From Methanobacteriota archaeon (GTDB lineage: Archaea > Thermoplasmatota > Poseidoniia > Poseidoniales > Thalassarchaeaceae), in contig PANM01000013.1 of the NCBI GenBank assembly GCA_002708385.1, forward strand, positions 1,411-65,410: 64,000 bases of DNA, read 5' to 3'. Positions 28,030 to 38,269 of the stretch are shown in pieces; the stretch's first letter is position 1; each line of letters starts with the position of its first letter. The notes beneath the pieces were generated by a model. The model saw only the letters and a list, made by a program, of their open reading frames with translations. It had not been told where the DNA came from and did not search any database. The translations under genes and the position numbers were made by a program.

Positions 28030-29424
28030 TTGCGAGGTATCGTGGAAGACTCCTCTCGCATAGATCCGTGGTCGTCTGAGCAATCAACAGATTATGCTCG
28101 GATCCGCGATCAATTTGGTCTACAAGGCGTCAACATACATAAGATTCCAAACCCAAGCATGTTACACCGCAGGGGTATTATTTTCGCCCAAAGAGATTTA
28201 GACGTAGTTTTGGGTTGTATGGAGCGTAAGGATCCGTTTGGGGTTCTAACCGGATTGATGCCAAGTGGCAGGATGCATCTTGGTCATTCAATGGTTATCG
28301 AACAGGTTAGATGGTTTCAACAACAAGGCGCAGACATTACTGTGACAGTGGCTGACCTTGAAGCATTGGCTACCCGTGGAACTAGCCTCGAAACTGGTCG
28401 GGAAACAGCAATCAAGGAATACATTCACAATTATGCTGCTTTAGGGCTTGATCCTGATACAACAAATGTTTACTTTCAAAGTAGTAGACCCGAGGTTCAG
28501 AGATTAGCATTCACATTGGGTCGTAAAACTAACCTGTCTGAATTTGAAGCGATTTATGGGTTCAAAGGCGATACAAACCTTGCTCATGTTCAGGCTCCTT
28601 TGGTACAAGTTGGAGATATCGTCCATCCTCAGATGGAAGAATTTGGTGGATTACGACCCATCGTAGTTCCTGTAGGGGTTGACCAGGACCCACACTTACG
28701 GCTTACTCGTGGAATTACTGGTAAAACAAACTGGTTCAATGTTAAAGTGAGAAAAGCAGGTGGACTCACAATCTCCCTTTCAGTACAGGAAGATAACTCT
28801 GAAATATTTGGTACTTCGACCAATGGTAGGATTGACCGTACAGTTCGAGAATCTATTTTCGAGCGATTAAAAAATTCACTAACTCCTATCGGTTATTCAG
28901 ATTATATTTCTAACCCAAAGCATGGTACCTTGGATATTCCAGGAGCCAAAGCATCTGATTTATCTCAGGTTAGAATGTGTGTTTTACGATTCGAGCGAGA
29001 GTTAGGAGGTATGGGGTTAATGCCCCCCAGTTCTACATACCACAGATTCGCAGTCGGGATGACTGGAGATAAGATGTCCTCTTCCAAGCCTGAGACTACA
29101 ATTTTCATGGACGATAGCCAAGAAGAGATGACTAAGAAGGTTAAACGAGCATTTAGTGGTGGTCAACCAACGGTAGAAGAACATCGTAGACTTGGTGGAG
29201 ATTGCTCAAAAGATGTAGCATTCCAATACCTACAATTCTTCTTCGAATCGGATGATTCAGAATTAAGCCAAATTGCTAGGGACTATGAAGCCGGAAAACT
29301 TCTGACGGGCGAAATCAAACAAATTTGCATTGACAGAGCCAGTGAGTGGCTCAAGGACATCGCTGAAAGAAGGGACATGTGGGATGGCCGATTAGAGGAG
29401 TTCCTTGCTCCAGATGCATTGTGA
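28030..29424 (+). CDS. trpS: Tryptophanyl-tRNA synthetase (archaeal/eukaryotic type), with a ~90-100-aa insertion
   Basis: PSGRMHLGH (HIGH-like), VGVDQDPHLRLTRG, KMSSSKP (KMSKS-like). Confidence 0.75.
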   Translation: MRGIVEDSSRIDPWSSEQSTDYARIRDQFGLQGVNIHKIPNPSMLHRRGIIFAQRDLDVVLGCMERKDPFGVLTGLMPSGRMHLGHSMVIEQVRWFQQQGADITVTVADLEALATRGTSLETGRETAIKEYIHNYAALGLDPDTTNVYFQSSRPEVQRLAFTLGRKTNLSEFEAIYGFKGDTNLAHVQAPLVQVGDIVHPQMEEFGGLRPIVVPVGVDQDPHLRLTRGITGKTNWFNVKVRKAGGLTISLSVQEDNSEIFGTSTNGRIDRTVRESIFERLKNSLTPIGYSDYISNPKHGTLDIPGAKASDLSQVRMCVLRFERELGGMGLMPPSSTYHRFAVGMTGDKMSSSKPETTIFMDDSQEEMTKKVKRAFSGGQPTVEEHRRLGGDCSKDVAFQYLQFFFESDDSELSQIARDYEAGKLLTGEIKQICIDRASEWLKDIAERRDMWDGRLEEFLAPDAL

Positions 29425-29427
29425 GTT

Positions 29428-30033
29428 TTATTTTTCAAATTCACTAGAATCAAAAACTGGTATTTGAGGACCCGTTGCCAAAGCAGATACTTCTTCCTCA
29501 GAAAGTTCTGAAGATTTTGCAGATTTATGCAGAATCTGTGAGTGTCCATTTGGGTCTAATAACAAAAGTTCTGCATTTTCTTCGCCCTTTTTTATTCTGT
29601 CAATCTTTTGTAATAATTCCTCACAGGATTTGACTTGTTCAATGCCTTCTTCACCATCTCTAATAGCCCCCCTCATAACTATCCCTATGGCATCAGAAAA
29701 TCGATTCAAAACACCCTCTATGTTAGAGATATATCCTGTTGCGTTATCTCCGGGTTCAACCTCTAAACCTAATTCTACAATTTTAACCGTGCAAGAGGAA
29801 GACCTCACAACTCGAATCGACATATGCTCCACTGAGTCTATTTTGAATGAGCATAAGGTTGCTTTTTGTCCCTCTGAAGGGATGAAATCAGTGTGCCTCC
29901 ACCCACAATCTGAACAAATCAAAGTCATCTCTGTATGCTCTCCAAAGTATGGTATTTCGGAGGTATGAACATTCAGTGAAAGGCTTTCTTCAGATGAACA
30001 AATAGGACATGGGTAGTTGATTAAACTCTCCAT
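29428..30033 (-). CDS. ZPR1-type zinc finger protein
   Basis: CPICSS...IPYFGE....CSDCGWR, as in ZPR1/COG1779 proteins. Confidence 0.7.
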   Translation of the reverse strand: MESLINYPCPICSSEESLSLNVHTSEIPYFGEHTEMTLICSDCGWRHTDFIPSEGQKATLCSFKIDSVEHMSIRVVRSSSCTVKIVELGLEVEPGDNATGYISNIEGVLNRFSDAIGIVMRGAIRDGEEGIEQVKSCEELLQKIDRIKKGEENAELLLLDPNGHSQILHKSAKSSELSEEEVSALATGPQIPVFDSSEFEK

Positions 30034-30042
30034 TTATACACC

Positions 30043-30471
30043 TCAATAAGCATTATTCCGATTCTCTGAAATAGCAAATGTAGAGGGAATAAGTAATAAT
30101 CTGGATGTTCCTAATCTGATTACTTCTCCTGCCATATCACTTTCCACGAAATTTTGTATTCTTTCCACTGCCATTCTAAGTTCGGTTTCTACAGATAGTA
30201 ATCTGGACATTTCTAAAATTACAATGTCTCCGTCCGAAAGCCAATCTAGAATTCTAGGAATCCCTGTGATGTCATCTAGTACTGCTCGGTGTACAATTAC
30301 ATCACCTACTCCTCTGGCCACTGGGGCATCTGGAAAAATCTCTCCCAAATCGTGGTAATCTTGACCGGGGTCGATAGAAACAGGTGTGCTCTGGCTTGGC
30401 AGGCTAGGCATTTCTATCCACTTTGGTTCTGGCCTATTTGCCTTCGCCATGAATACTGCCGAGGTAATCAC
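30043..30471 (-). CDS. sepF: SepF-like cell division protein
   Basis: C-terminal pattern DGDIVILEMSRL....LRMAVERIQNFV....GEVIRLG.SRLLLIP resembles the SepF/DUF552 core. Confidence 0.55.
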   Translation of the reverse strand: MITSAVFMAKANRPEPKWIEMPSLPSQSTPVSIDPGQDYHDLGEIFPDAPVARGVGDVIVHRAVLDDITGIPRILDWLSDGDIVILEMSRLLSVETELRMAVERIQNFVESDMAGEVIRLGTSRLLLIPSTFAISENRNNAY

Positions 30472-30654
30472 CCCTTTGATTAATACGGTTAGGATTTACA
30501 TTTTCTGATTGATTTTGTACAAAACTGCTTTTTTCGAATCAGATGGAGCTAAATATACCAGATTCGATATAATTCCTCAATACGCTCCCGTCGGATTGAT
30601 AAGGGGCCGGATTTGAGTTTAATCCGCAGGGAACTCTCCGTGCGGACGATTCAC

Positions 30655-31281
30655 ATGAACGCAGAAGCAGACGCGGTTAAGACCGGAACTAGCACAATAG
30701 GAATTACTTTTGATGGAGGTGTGGTAGTAGGTGCTGATCACAGAGCCACAATGGGTCACTTTATTGCCAACAAAAGTGTAAAGAAATTGTTCAAAATTTC
30801 AAATAATGTTGCTTTGACTACTGCAGGTTTGGTTGGACATGCTCAATCACTTTCCCGCACACTCGCAGCGGAACTACGTCTTTACGAGCTGAAGCGCAAC
30901 ACGCCAATGACGGTTCGAGGTGCAGCCACCTTAACTGCAAATATTCTAGTCGGCCGTCCCCACTACGTCCAATTGTTAATTGTGGGTACAGATGAAGATG
31001 GTCCAAGTGTATATTCAATTGACTCAGCAGGGGGTTCGATACCAGACGTCTACTGCGCTACCGGGTCTGGAAGTCCGTTCATGTATGGTGTACTCGAAGA
31101 TCAATACAAGGACGGAATGACTAAAAATCAAGCTCTCAAAGTAGCCGCTAAGGCACTCCTCGCATCAGCTCAAAGAGATGCAGCAAGTGGTAATGGAATG
31201 GATTTAGCAGTAATTACAAAAGAAGAAGGCTATCAGCAACTAACAGAGAAAGAGGTCACTGACCTTCTTTCAAAATTGTGA
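30655..31281 (+). CDS. psmB: Proteasome subunit beta
   Basis: Propeptide followed by GTSTIGITFDGGVVVGADHRAT (Thr nucleophile context). Confidence 0.9.
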   Translation: MNAEADAVKTGTSTIGITFDGGVVVGADHRATMGHFIANKSVKKLFKISNNVALTTAGLVGHAQSLSRTLAAELRLYELKRNTPMTVRGAATLTANILVGRPHYVQLLIVGTDEDGPSVYSIDSAGGSIPDVYCATGSGSPFMYGVLEDQYKDGMTKNQALKVAAKALLASAQRDAASGNGMDLAVITKEEGYQQLTEKEVTDLLSKL

Positions 31282-31307
31282 ATATTCTCCACGGCAATTT
31301 GCCCTTT

Positions 31308-31327
31308 AACCCTTTTTTGGGTTTTTG
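31308..31327 (+). terminator. Oligo-T tracts (CCCTTTTTTGGGTTTTTGG) downstream of psmB
   Basis: T6 and T5 runs 27-45 nt after the psmB stop. Archaeal terminators are typically oligo-T. Confidence 0.3.
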
Positions 31328-31362
31328 GATGGGTGTGGAGTTCCTCATATGAGGTGCATATT

Positions 31363-33279
31363 ATGAGACTAACACTAACAGAAGTAAAGCAACGTGTATC
31401 GAAGTTGGTTCCGGAAAATATTGACTATGAAGTCGATGTCGAGGCCGGTTCGATAGCTATTATCACCAAACAGCCAGAAGCCTTTGCAATTGCAGGCCAA
31501 TCATTGACTGTAAAAATCGCAAAAAATGTTAAGCGAAGAGTAATAGTAAGACCTCATCCAGATATTTTATCTGATGAGGCCACTGTTCTCCAAAAGGTCA
31601 ATGAAATTATTCCGGCGGAGGCTGAAGTCAGAAATGTCTGGCTTGACCCTGCACTTTCTGAAGTAACATTAGAGTGTGATGATCCCGCTTCAGCAGTTGG
31701 TCCTAAAGGAGTTCACATCAAAAATCTCAGGGATGAAATCGGTTGGTTAGTTTCTGTTGATCGCGCTCCAGCCTTTGAGAGTAGAACACAGCATGATATT
31801 CGCCGCTATAGGAAAGAGTTAGCAGATGAACGAAAAGCCCTTTTGAGGAAATTCGGCACTCGTATATATCGTCCAAAACGATCTGGAGAACCATGGGTTC
31901 GTTTGACTGCCCTAGGCTCCTACAGGGAAGTTGGCAGAGCTATGCATTTGGTTACCACAAATGAATCTAGGGTACTTGTGGATTGTGGCGCTAAACCTAC
32001 TATAAATAGAAATGAAGTTCAACCATTTTTCAATGCCCCAGAATTATTACCTTTGGATAATCTAGATGCTATCGTCCTAACTCACGCTCACGTAGACCAT
32101 ATTGCCATGCTTCCAGTTCTCTTCCGTTATGGCTACAGGGGGCCAGTGTATTGTACTCCGCCAACTAGAGATTTAATGACGCTTTTACAAATGGATTACA
32201 TCAAGGTTTCACAAGCAGAAGGTTCTGAGCCACCTTATTCCAAAGCCGACATTCAAGAATGTATCAAACATGTAGTTGATGTGAGATGGGGAAATAAAAC
32301 CGATATCGCTCCTGATGTAAAAATTACGATGGAAAATGCAGGTCACATACTTGGCTCATCTAGTGTATATATGCAGATTGGCGAGGGTAATTTTGAACAC
32401 CGATTATTATTTTCTGGAGACATAAAATATGAGAAATCTTGGTTATTTGATGCTGCTACGGTTAGGTTCCAGAAGGTTGAAACTTTAGTTATTGAGTCTA
32501 CATACGGAGGCCCACAAGATTTCCAACCCAATCGCAATGATGCAACTCAAGAACTACAGGATTTGGTTAAATTGGCTCTGTCTCGAGGCGGAAAAATATT
32601 CTGCCCTGTATTCGCGGTTGGACGTTCCCAGGAAGTAATGATCGCACTAGATCAATTATTCAAATCAGGCGAAGTTCAACCTGTTACTGTTTGGCTAGAT
32701 GGGATGATATCAGAAGCAACTGCAATACATGCTAGTCATCCTGACTTCCTAAACAGAGAGTTACGTAGTAAGGTGCTAAAAGGAGGTGAAGAAAACCCGT
32801 TTAATTCCCCTTGGTTTAAGCAAGTCGATAGTCGGGAACAACGGGAATCAATTCTCTATGATCCTTCACCCTGTATAGTCTTAGCAACCTCAGGAATGAT
32901 GACTGGTGGGCCAATAATTGAATATTTCAAACACTGGGCACCAGAACAAAATAATACTCTCTGTTTTGTTGGTTATCAGGCATCTGGTACACTTGGGAGA
33001 AGACTTCAGCAAGGTCATGCAGAAGTGCCTCTGATGGATAAGGGACAGACACTAATGGTTCCCATTTCTTGCAACGTAGTAACCATTGATGGTTTCAGTG
33101 GCCACTCAGACAGACGTCAGTTAATGGATTATGTCAAAGCATTGAATCCAACCCCTAGGAAAATAATTTGCCATCATGGTGATCCAAAAACCTGTAACGC
33201 TTTCCGCCAAGGTCTTAGAGATGAGTTTAGAGTTCAAACCTATGCGCCAGCAAACCTAGAGACATTGCGACTGAAGTAA
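31363..33279 (+). CDS. aCPSF1/FttA beta-CASP ribonuclease with N-terminal KH domains
   Basis: N-terminal KH-like segments, metallo-beta-lactamase HAHVDH motif and a beta-CASP C-terminal region. Conserved adjacency to psmB. Confidence 0.9.
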   Translation: MRLTLTEVKQRVSKLVPENIDYEVDVEAGSIAIITKQPEAFAIAGQSLTVKIAKNVKRRVIVRPHPDILSDEATVLQKVNEIIPAEAEVRNVWLDPALSEVTLECDDPASAVGPKGVHIKNLRDEIGWLVSVDRAPAFESRTQHDIRRYRKELADERKALLRKFGTRIYRPKRSGEPWVRLTALGSYREVGRAMHLVTTNESRVLVDCGAKPTINRNEVQPFFNAPELLPLDNLDAIVLTHAHVDHIAMLPVLFRYGYRGPVYCTPPTRDLMTLLQMDYIKVSQAEGSEPPYSKADIQECIKHVVDVRWGNKTDIAPDVKITMENAGHILGSSSVYMQIGEGNFEHRLLFSGDIKYEKSWLFDAATVRFQKVETLVIESTYGGPQDFQPNRNDATQELQDLVKLALSRGGKIFCPVFAVGRSQEVMIALDQLFKSGEVQPVTVWLDGMISEATAIHASHPDFLNRELRSKVLKGGEENPFNSPWFKQVDSREQRESILYDPSPCIVLATSGMMTGGPIIEYFKHWAPEQNNTLCFVGYQASGTLGRRLQQGHAEVPLMDKGQTLMVPISCNVVTIDGFSGHSDRRQLMDYVKALNPTPRKIICHHGDPKTCNAFRQGLRDEFRVQTYAPANLETLRLK

Positions 33280-33337
33280 AATTTTGTATTCTCAACAATC
33301 CATCAAACTCAAACATAATCCCCTCTCCCGAGGAATT

Positions 33338-34555
33338 ATGAGGTCGGTTGCCACTACTGTTTTGAGTATCGTAATTCTTTCCTCCTCTCTGTCTGGTTGT
33401 CTTAGTTCCAATGAAGGAGATGATTCAATCGTAGAATACGAAGAGCCTAGTAAAGCATTCACTATAGTAGCACCAATTGATACTGGAATCAATGTTTATC
33501 ATAATCACTTCATTATGAATGAATCAATTCCTGATTGGATTATAGCGGGGATGGGTGTGACCATGTGGTGTAATATCACCAAAGAAGGAACTTGGCAGGA
33601 AAGATATGAGGCAGACAAAGAAAATTGTTGGGATATTATCACCTCGAATGATGTAGTATATTTCGTAGGAACTAGAATAATTGGCACCACACCGGACGAT
33701 GGAACAGATATACCAATTCTTGATGATCCGTCCGATGGCCACGGAACAGCAGTCACAGGGGCGGTTTTAGATGCTAATCCCAACGCAATAATTTTCTTTG
33801 TTGAAGGTTTTAGCGATGCCGCAGTTTTGGCTGCAGCAAATCAACCACTCGTGGATATTATCACCACGTCATTCGGGCCTATTGGTTCAATCCCCGTTCC
33901 AGGGATTGAGGATTCAACAAGGGTTGCAGTAGTAGAAAACAAAAAGATTCACACAGGTGCGGCAGATAATACTCCATCTCCTGCAGTACAAGATTCTACT
34001 GCCGGCCCTCCTTGGTCGATTGGGATTTCTGGCTATGCTGAAGAAGAAGACGACCAGAAAGAAACCATGAGCGGTTCATACCCAGACATAGCTGCTGACT
34101 GGACACAGTTACTTCCCAACCATGATGATATTGATGGCTATCATCAAACATCTGGTACATCTTTCGCTACACCTAGGACTGCTGGAATACTTAGTATGAT
34201 ATTGACAATGTTAAGAGATGATGTAGGTGATACCAGAACAGGTGCTTCCGCTGACAGATCCGGGTTCTTAGTCAATGGTACTAATCTATCTATTTCCAAT
34301 GATGACATCAGAGACGCACTTAACTTGTCCGCATGGTATCCAGGTGCATCGACTTGGGATCCAACCTCCGGTACATTGCCCATTTCCCCTATTGCTCCAT
34401 GCACACAAGTCGGATGGGGTGTAGTTAATTTATCAAATATTGAGCCAATGTACAAACATCTAGCAGGTATAGATAATATGCCTCAAAGGCCATCTGATGT
34501 TGTCGCTTGTATGGAAACCAACCAAGCAATGCGAGAAGCCTATTGGGGTAGCTGA
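33338..34555 (+). CDS. Secreted subtilisin-like (S8) serine protease, possible lipoprotein
   Basis: Catalytic triad contexts DTGINVYH, DGHGTAVTG and SGTSFATPRTAG. Signal ends in LSGC. Confidence 0.8.
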   Translation: MRSVATTVLSIVILSSSLSGCLSSNEGDDSIVEYEEPSKAFTIVAPIDTGINVYHNHFIMNESIPDWIIAGMGVTMWCNITKEGTWQERYEADKENCWDIITSNDVVYFVGTRIIGTTPDDGTDIPILDDPSDGHGTAVTGAVLDANPNAIIFFVEGFSDAAVLAAANQPLVDIITTSFGPIGSIPVPGIEDSTRVAVVENKKIHTGAADNTPSPAVQDSTAGPPWSIGISGYAEEEDDQKETMSGSYPDIAADWTQLLPNHDDIDGYHQTSGTSFATPRTAGILSMILTMLRDDVGDTRTGASADRSGFLVNGTNLSISNDDIRDALNLSAWYPGASTWDPTSGTLPISPIAPCTQVGWGVVNLSNIEPMYKHLAGIDNMPQRPSDVVACMETNQAMREAYWGS

Positions 34556-34560
34556 AAGAT

Positions 34561-34866
34561 TTACAATACCGGTACGTCAAAACCCTCTTCCACAGGATCT
34601 GGTGGATTCTTTTTGGTATTTATTTCGTTTATATTGTCACTCGCCTCGGCTAAATCATTTTTTTGTGTTGATAAATAATTTGAATTGCCAGACAACGCAA
34701 AAGCCAATGCAGCCGGTGTCAACAGAAGATATACCCAAACCTCAATCGTTAGTGCTGATTCTGAGATTAGTGAGTTGATGGAGAGTGAAATTAGAAGGAA
34801 AAAAGCCAACCAACTCAATATGACGCGTGAACTTCTCACGTATTGTCGTAAGACATTATGTTTCAT
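34561..34866 (-). CDS. Small two-TM membrane protein (hypothetical)
   Basis: Two hydrophobic helices and an acidic tail. Competing plus-strand ORFs lack any feature. Confidence 0.35.
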   Translation of the reverse strand: MKHNVLRQYVRSSRVILSWLAFFLLISLSINSLISESALTIEVWVYLLLTPAALAFALSGNSNYLSTQKNDLAEASDNINEINTKKNPPDPVEEGFDVPVL

Positions 34867-34909
34867 TAGGGATGTGTTAATTCTAGCATCTTTGTCTCAA
34901 ATTATATGA

Positions 34910-35395
34910 TTGAAAATAATAAACAATATCTTGAACCTTGACTTTTCACAGACGTCTATGCAGACTGATTGGCTTCTACTTAGGTGTGTTTGCGGTCAAT
35001 CATTTGGAGCTCGTCGTGGCTCTAAGGCTTCCTGTATTCGGTGCGGTGAATCAAAGCAAATTACCACTGCTGCCGTATTTTCAGACCCAAATAAACTTAC
35101 AGAAGCAGTAGCAAAAGCAAATTTGCCAAGAGAAATTAGAGATGAAATAAGTAGAAAACTCGATGATAAAAAAAGAAGGCAATTGAAAACAAGAAATCAT
35201 GCTAACTCAAGTACAATACAATTCATTCTTGGACAATCCACAGATGAAAGAGGGATATTGACACTGAGTTCATTGCATAATATACTACAGAGAGAAGGAA
35301 TTACCGACCCCTCTCCTGAACAAATCATAGGCGTTGCCGAATTACAAGGGGTAGTCCAGAGAGTGGGCAATGAAGAGTGGAAATGGTTAGCGTGA
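34910..35395 (+). CDS. Zinc-ribbon protein (CxC..CxxC) with a helical C-terminal domain, hypothetical
   Basis: CVCGQSF....CIRCGE motif. Possibly DUF1922-like; weak. Confidence 0.45.
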   Translation: MKIINNILNLDFSQTSMQTDWLLLRCVCGQSFGARRGSKASCIRCGESKQITTAAVFSDPNKLTEAVAKANLPREIRDEISRKLDDKKRRQLKTRNHANSSTIQFILGQSTDERGILTLSSLHNILQREGITDPSPEQIIGVAELQGVVQRVGNEEWKWLA

Positions 35396-35432
35396 ACTCC
35401 ATAAAGTCGACTAGGGTGGCCATGACACTCAC

Positions 35433-35510
35433 GGGCCTGTGGGTTAGTCTGGCCTATGCTAGATGGTTTGGGACCATTTGACCCTGGTTCAAATCCAGGC
35501 AGGCCCACCA
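35433..35510 (+). tRNA. tRNA-Pro (anticodon UGG), with genomically encoded CCA
   Basis: Manual fold. Acceptor GGGCCTG/CAGGCCC; anticodon stem GATGG/CCATT; loop TTTGGGA; T arm CCTGG-TTCAAAT-CCAGG; discriminator A then CCA. Confidence 0.88.
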
Positions 35511-35541
35511 TTTCTGCTTCTTTCAGTGATAGCAAGCCCAA

Positions 35542-36303
35542 TCAAAGAAACTTTTCAATGGCCTCAATGTCAAATAAGGAAACTGCAACAGACAAAGCTT
35601 CTTCCTTTTCGAACCATTTCGCTTCTTCTATTTCATCGTCTTTTGGAACTATGTCCTCAGCGGCAATATCTGCTTCGCATTTGTACGTAAATGAAAGCCA
35701 ACTTATGCCGTCTGGTGTGAAAATTTCTTGTCTTACAATTGAATCACTGTTTTTTCCATATCCATCATTTGACTCTTCCATTGGATCAGGAATCCTAATA
35801 TTGATTCCTAACTCTTCTAATGCTTCACGTTCCGCACCTTTTCTAGGGTGTTCGCCGTAATCTACGAAGCCTCCTGGTAATGTCCAACATCCTGTAAAAA
35901 AACCACGAGTGACCTTCGCTAAAAGAACATGATTTCTTGGATTTATTACTACAACCTTGCTGACAACTCTATGCAGAGTACGATAAACAGATTCCCTTGC
36001 AACTGGGTCTACTTCACTATCACTAATTACAGAATCTTTCCACGCCCATTCTCCAGGCCAAGGAATTTTGGGAGTCGCAACTATCACTTGATGCATATTT
36101 TGTCCTAATCTAAACTCATTAGTCCTATTTACCTTCCAACTCAACCCCATACTTTTTGCTTCAACTGGAGTTGGTAGTCTAATCGAGTAACTACCCTTTC
36201 CTTCCCTACCCATTTGAGGTATTGCGGGGCCATTTCCCTCTAAATCTACTAGCAATAATTTCCCATCATGTTCAAGATGAATGTGGTGAGAAACATCTCT
36301 CAT
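35542..36303 (-). CDS. NUDIX hydrolase with an uncharacterised ~115-aa N-terminal domain
   Basis: Nudix box LPGGFVDYGEHPRKGAEREALEELGI in the C-terminal half. Confidence 0.8.
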   Translation of the reverse strand: MRDVSHHIHLEHDGKLLLVDLEGNGPAIPQMGREGKGSYSIRLPTPVEAKSMGLSWKVNRTNEFRLGQNMHQVIVATPKIPWPGEWAWKDSVISDSEVDPVARESVYRTLHRVVSKVVVINPRNHVLLAKVTRGFFTGCWTLPGGFVDYGEHPRKGAEREALEELGINIRIPDPMEESNDGYGKNSDSIVRQEIFTPDGISWLSFTYKCEADIAAEDIVPKDDEIEEAKWFEKEEALSVAVSLFDIEAIEKFL

Positions 36304-36370
36304 AATTAATCACGGAAAGAAGAAAGGAAATGAAATAATCGGATAAATAGGAAGTCATTCGGAAATTTAT

Positions 36371-37399
36371 CTACAATAACTCACTTACCGCATCCCTTTC
36401 TTGCAGTAATGCTTCGATATTCTCAGAAATTTTTGCTTGGGCAAATTCGTCAATTTCTAAGTCGTCTACAACATTAATTTCTCCATCTTCACATTTGCAT
36501 GGGAAACTGTAGACCAACCCTTCTGGCACATCATACCAACCTTCAGAAGGCAATGCCATTGACACAATACGCCCATCCGAACCTTGCCACCAATCTCTCA
36601 TGTGGTCAACAGCCGCTGAAGCGGCAGAGGCCGCTGAGGAGGCACCACGAGCCATAATCACTGCCTTCCCTCTTGTGGCAACTGTGTCCAGAAAATCACC
36701 ATTTAGCCAAGTCCGATCAAAAACTTCCGTTGCATTTTCGCCTTCAACCAATGCAAATCTAGGGTCGGGATACATCGTATTCGAGTGATTTCCCCAAATG
36801 AATACATCCTTGATTCTTGACGAGGTGACCCCGGCTTTTTCTGCCATCAAACCAACTGCTCGATTTTGGTCTAGACGTGTCATAGCAGTAAATTGTCTCG
36901 GTGGTATATCTGGAGCGTTAGCTGAAGCAATTAGAGCGTTCGTGTTACAAGGATTACCTACTGTTATGACCTTAACATTTCGTGATGCAACGGAATTTAT
37001 TGCCCGTCCTTGGCCAACGAAAATCGGACCATTGGCGGCAACTAAATCTGATCTATCCATGTCCTTTGTTCGTGGACGTGAACCAACCAAGAATATCGCT
37101 TCTGTATCTTTGAAAGCAACCTCTGGATCATCTGTTCCAATTATGTCATGGATTAATGAGAAGGCGGAATCTTTCAATTCCATTATCACTCCCTCTAGTC
37201 GTTGCATACCCGGTGGGATTTCTAGTAATTGTAATATGATTGGTTGATTACTCCCGAAGCAATCTCCACTTGCGATTCTCCATAGTAAAGCATAACCGAT
37301 ATTTCCTGCGGCTCCTGTAACTGCTACTCTGATTGGTTTAATCGATTCGTCTTGTCCCCTTTCCATACTATTTACCCATGGCTTGCGAAAATATTCCAA
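36371..37399 (-). CDS. mdh: Malate dehydrogenase (NAD-dependent, cytosolic/Thermus-like type)
   Basis: [17 protein letters not shown] and [10 protein letters not shown] motifs. The likely true start is the ATG at 37366 (MERGQ..). Confidence 0.88.
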   Translation of the reverse strand: MEYFRKPWVNSMERGQDESIKPIRVAVTGAAGNIGYALLWRIASGDCFGSNQPIILQLLEIPPGMQRLEGVIMELKDSAFSLIHDIIGTDDPEVAFKDTEAIFLVGSRPRTKDMDRSDLVAANGPIFVGQGRAINSVASRNVKVITVGNPCNTNALIASANAPDIPPRQFTAMTRLDQNRAVGLMAEKAGVTSSRIKDVFIWGNHSNTMYPDPRFALVEGENATEVFDRTWLNGDFLDTVATRGKAVIMARGASSAASAASAAVDHMRDWWQGSDGRIVSMALPSEGWYDVPEGLVYSFPCKCEDGEINVVDDLEIDEFAQAKISENIEALLQERDAVSELL

Positions 37400-37475
37400 C
37401 CCTTAGCCTTTAGTGAGTAGACAATTCATGTTATGCCGCCCGAAGACTAATTGTAGATTTTAATTTGGAGGTTGT

Positions 37476-38156
37476 ATGGAGCTGCGCCATAAGTCACTAT
37501 TAGCATTGATTTTGGTATCGATAATGCCTACCTTCTCTATATTATTTACATATTCAATCAGTGACTCTGAATCTCAGTCTCAAATGTTTTTTTTCTTTAC
37601 GAAAATATGGATTATAGCAATCCCATTATATTGGATTTACAAAATTGAAAATCAACCTTTAGTGTTAGGTAATTTTGAGAGAGTACCGAAAATAGAATCA
37701 TTAAGTTCTGGAATAATTATGTTTGTAATTATCCTAGGGGTATATGCTATCTTTAACTCTACTTTAGACGTTGAATTAATGCGACAAGAATTAGGCTCTA
37801 CTGGATTACTTGATTTACGCTTGTACATACTTGGGATGATTTTTTGGATTTCAATAAATAGTCTCATCGAAGAGGTAGTTTTCAGACAATTTATTGGAGA
37901 CAGACTTCTCGAATTAACCGGCAAAAAAAATCTGACTGTATTACTATCAGCCCTGATTTTCACTTCTCATCATACTCTTGTTTTGAGTTATTATTTTTCT
38001 CCCTTACAGAATGCTCTGGCGAGTTTAGGGATTTTTCTTGCCGGTGCGACATGGTCACTTTTATGGCTGCGCCATAGATCTTTGCTGGTCTGTTGGATAT
38101 CCCATGCGATTGCAGATATTGCAGTATTTGGATTAGGGTATCTTATCTTGTTCTGA
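37476..38156 (+). CDS. CPBP-family intramembrane glutamic protease (CAAX protease-like)
   Basis: EEVVFRQF, FTSHH and HAIADI motifs in a polytopic membrane protein. Confidence 0.75.
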   Translation: MELRHKSLLALILVSIMPTFSILFTYSISDSESQSQMFFFFTKIWIIAIPLYWIYKIENQPLVLGNFERVPKIESLSSGIIMFVIILGVYAIFNSTLDVELMRQELGSTGLLDLRLYILGMIFWISINSLIEEVVFRQFIGDRLLELTGKKNLTVLLSALIFTSHHTLVLSYYFSPLQNALASLGIFLAGATWSLLWLRHRSLLVCWISHAIADIAVFGLGYLILF

Positions 38157-38233
38157 TTTTACAGGAATCTTTCCTTGAGGTGACTAATCCGTTTGTTTCA
38201 ATAATCTAATTCCTGTCGCTGCAGTTAACATAC

Positions 38234-38250
38234 ATGAGCCTATGGCTCAT
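38234..38250. promoter_or_regulatory. Inverted repeat ATGAGCC-TAT-GGCTCAT, 20 nt upstream of the pntAA ATG
   Basis: Perfect 7-3-7 palindrome read from the sequence. Function unknown. Confidence 0.2.
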
Positions 38251-38269
38251 TGGAATGAGTGTGACATTT

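Noticed and set aside
35511-36370. Integrated element or genomic island downstream of tRNA-Pro
   Set aside because: No integrase, no visible direct repeat of the tRNA 3' end, and the flanking genes (NUDIX, mdh) are ordinary housekeeping genes.
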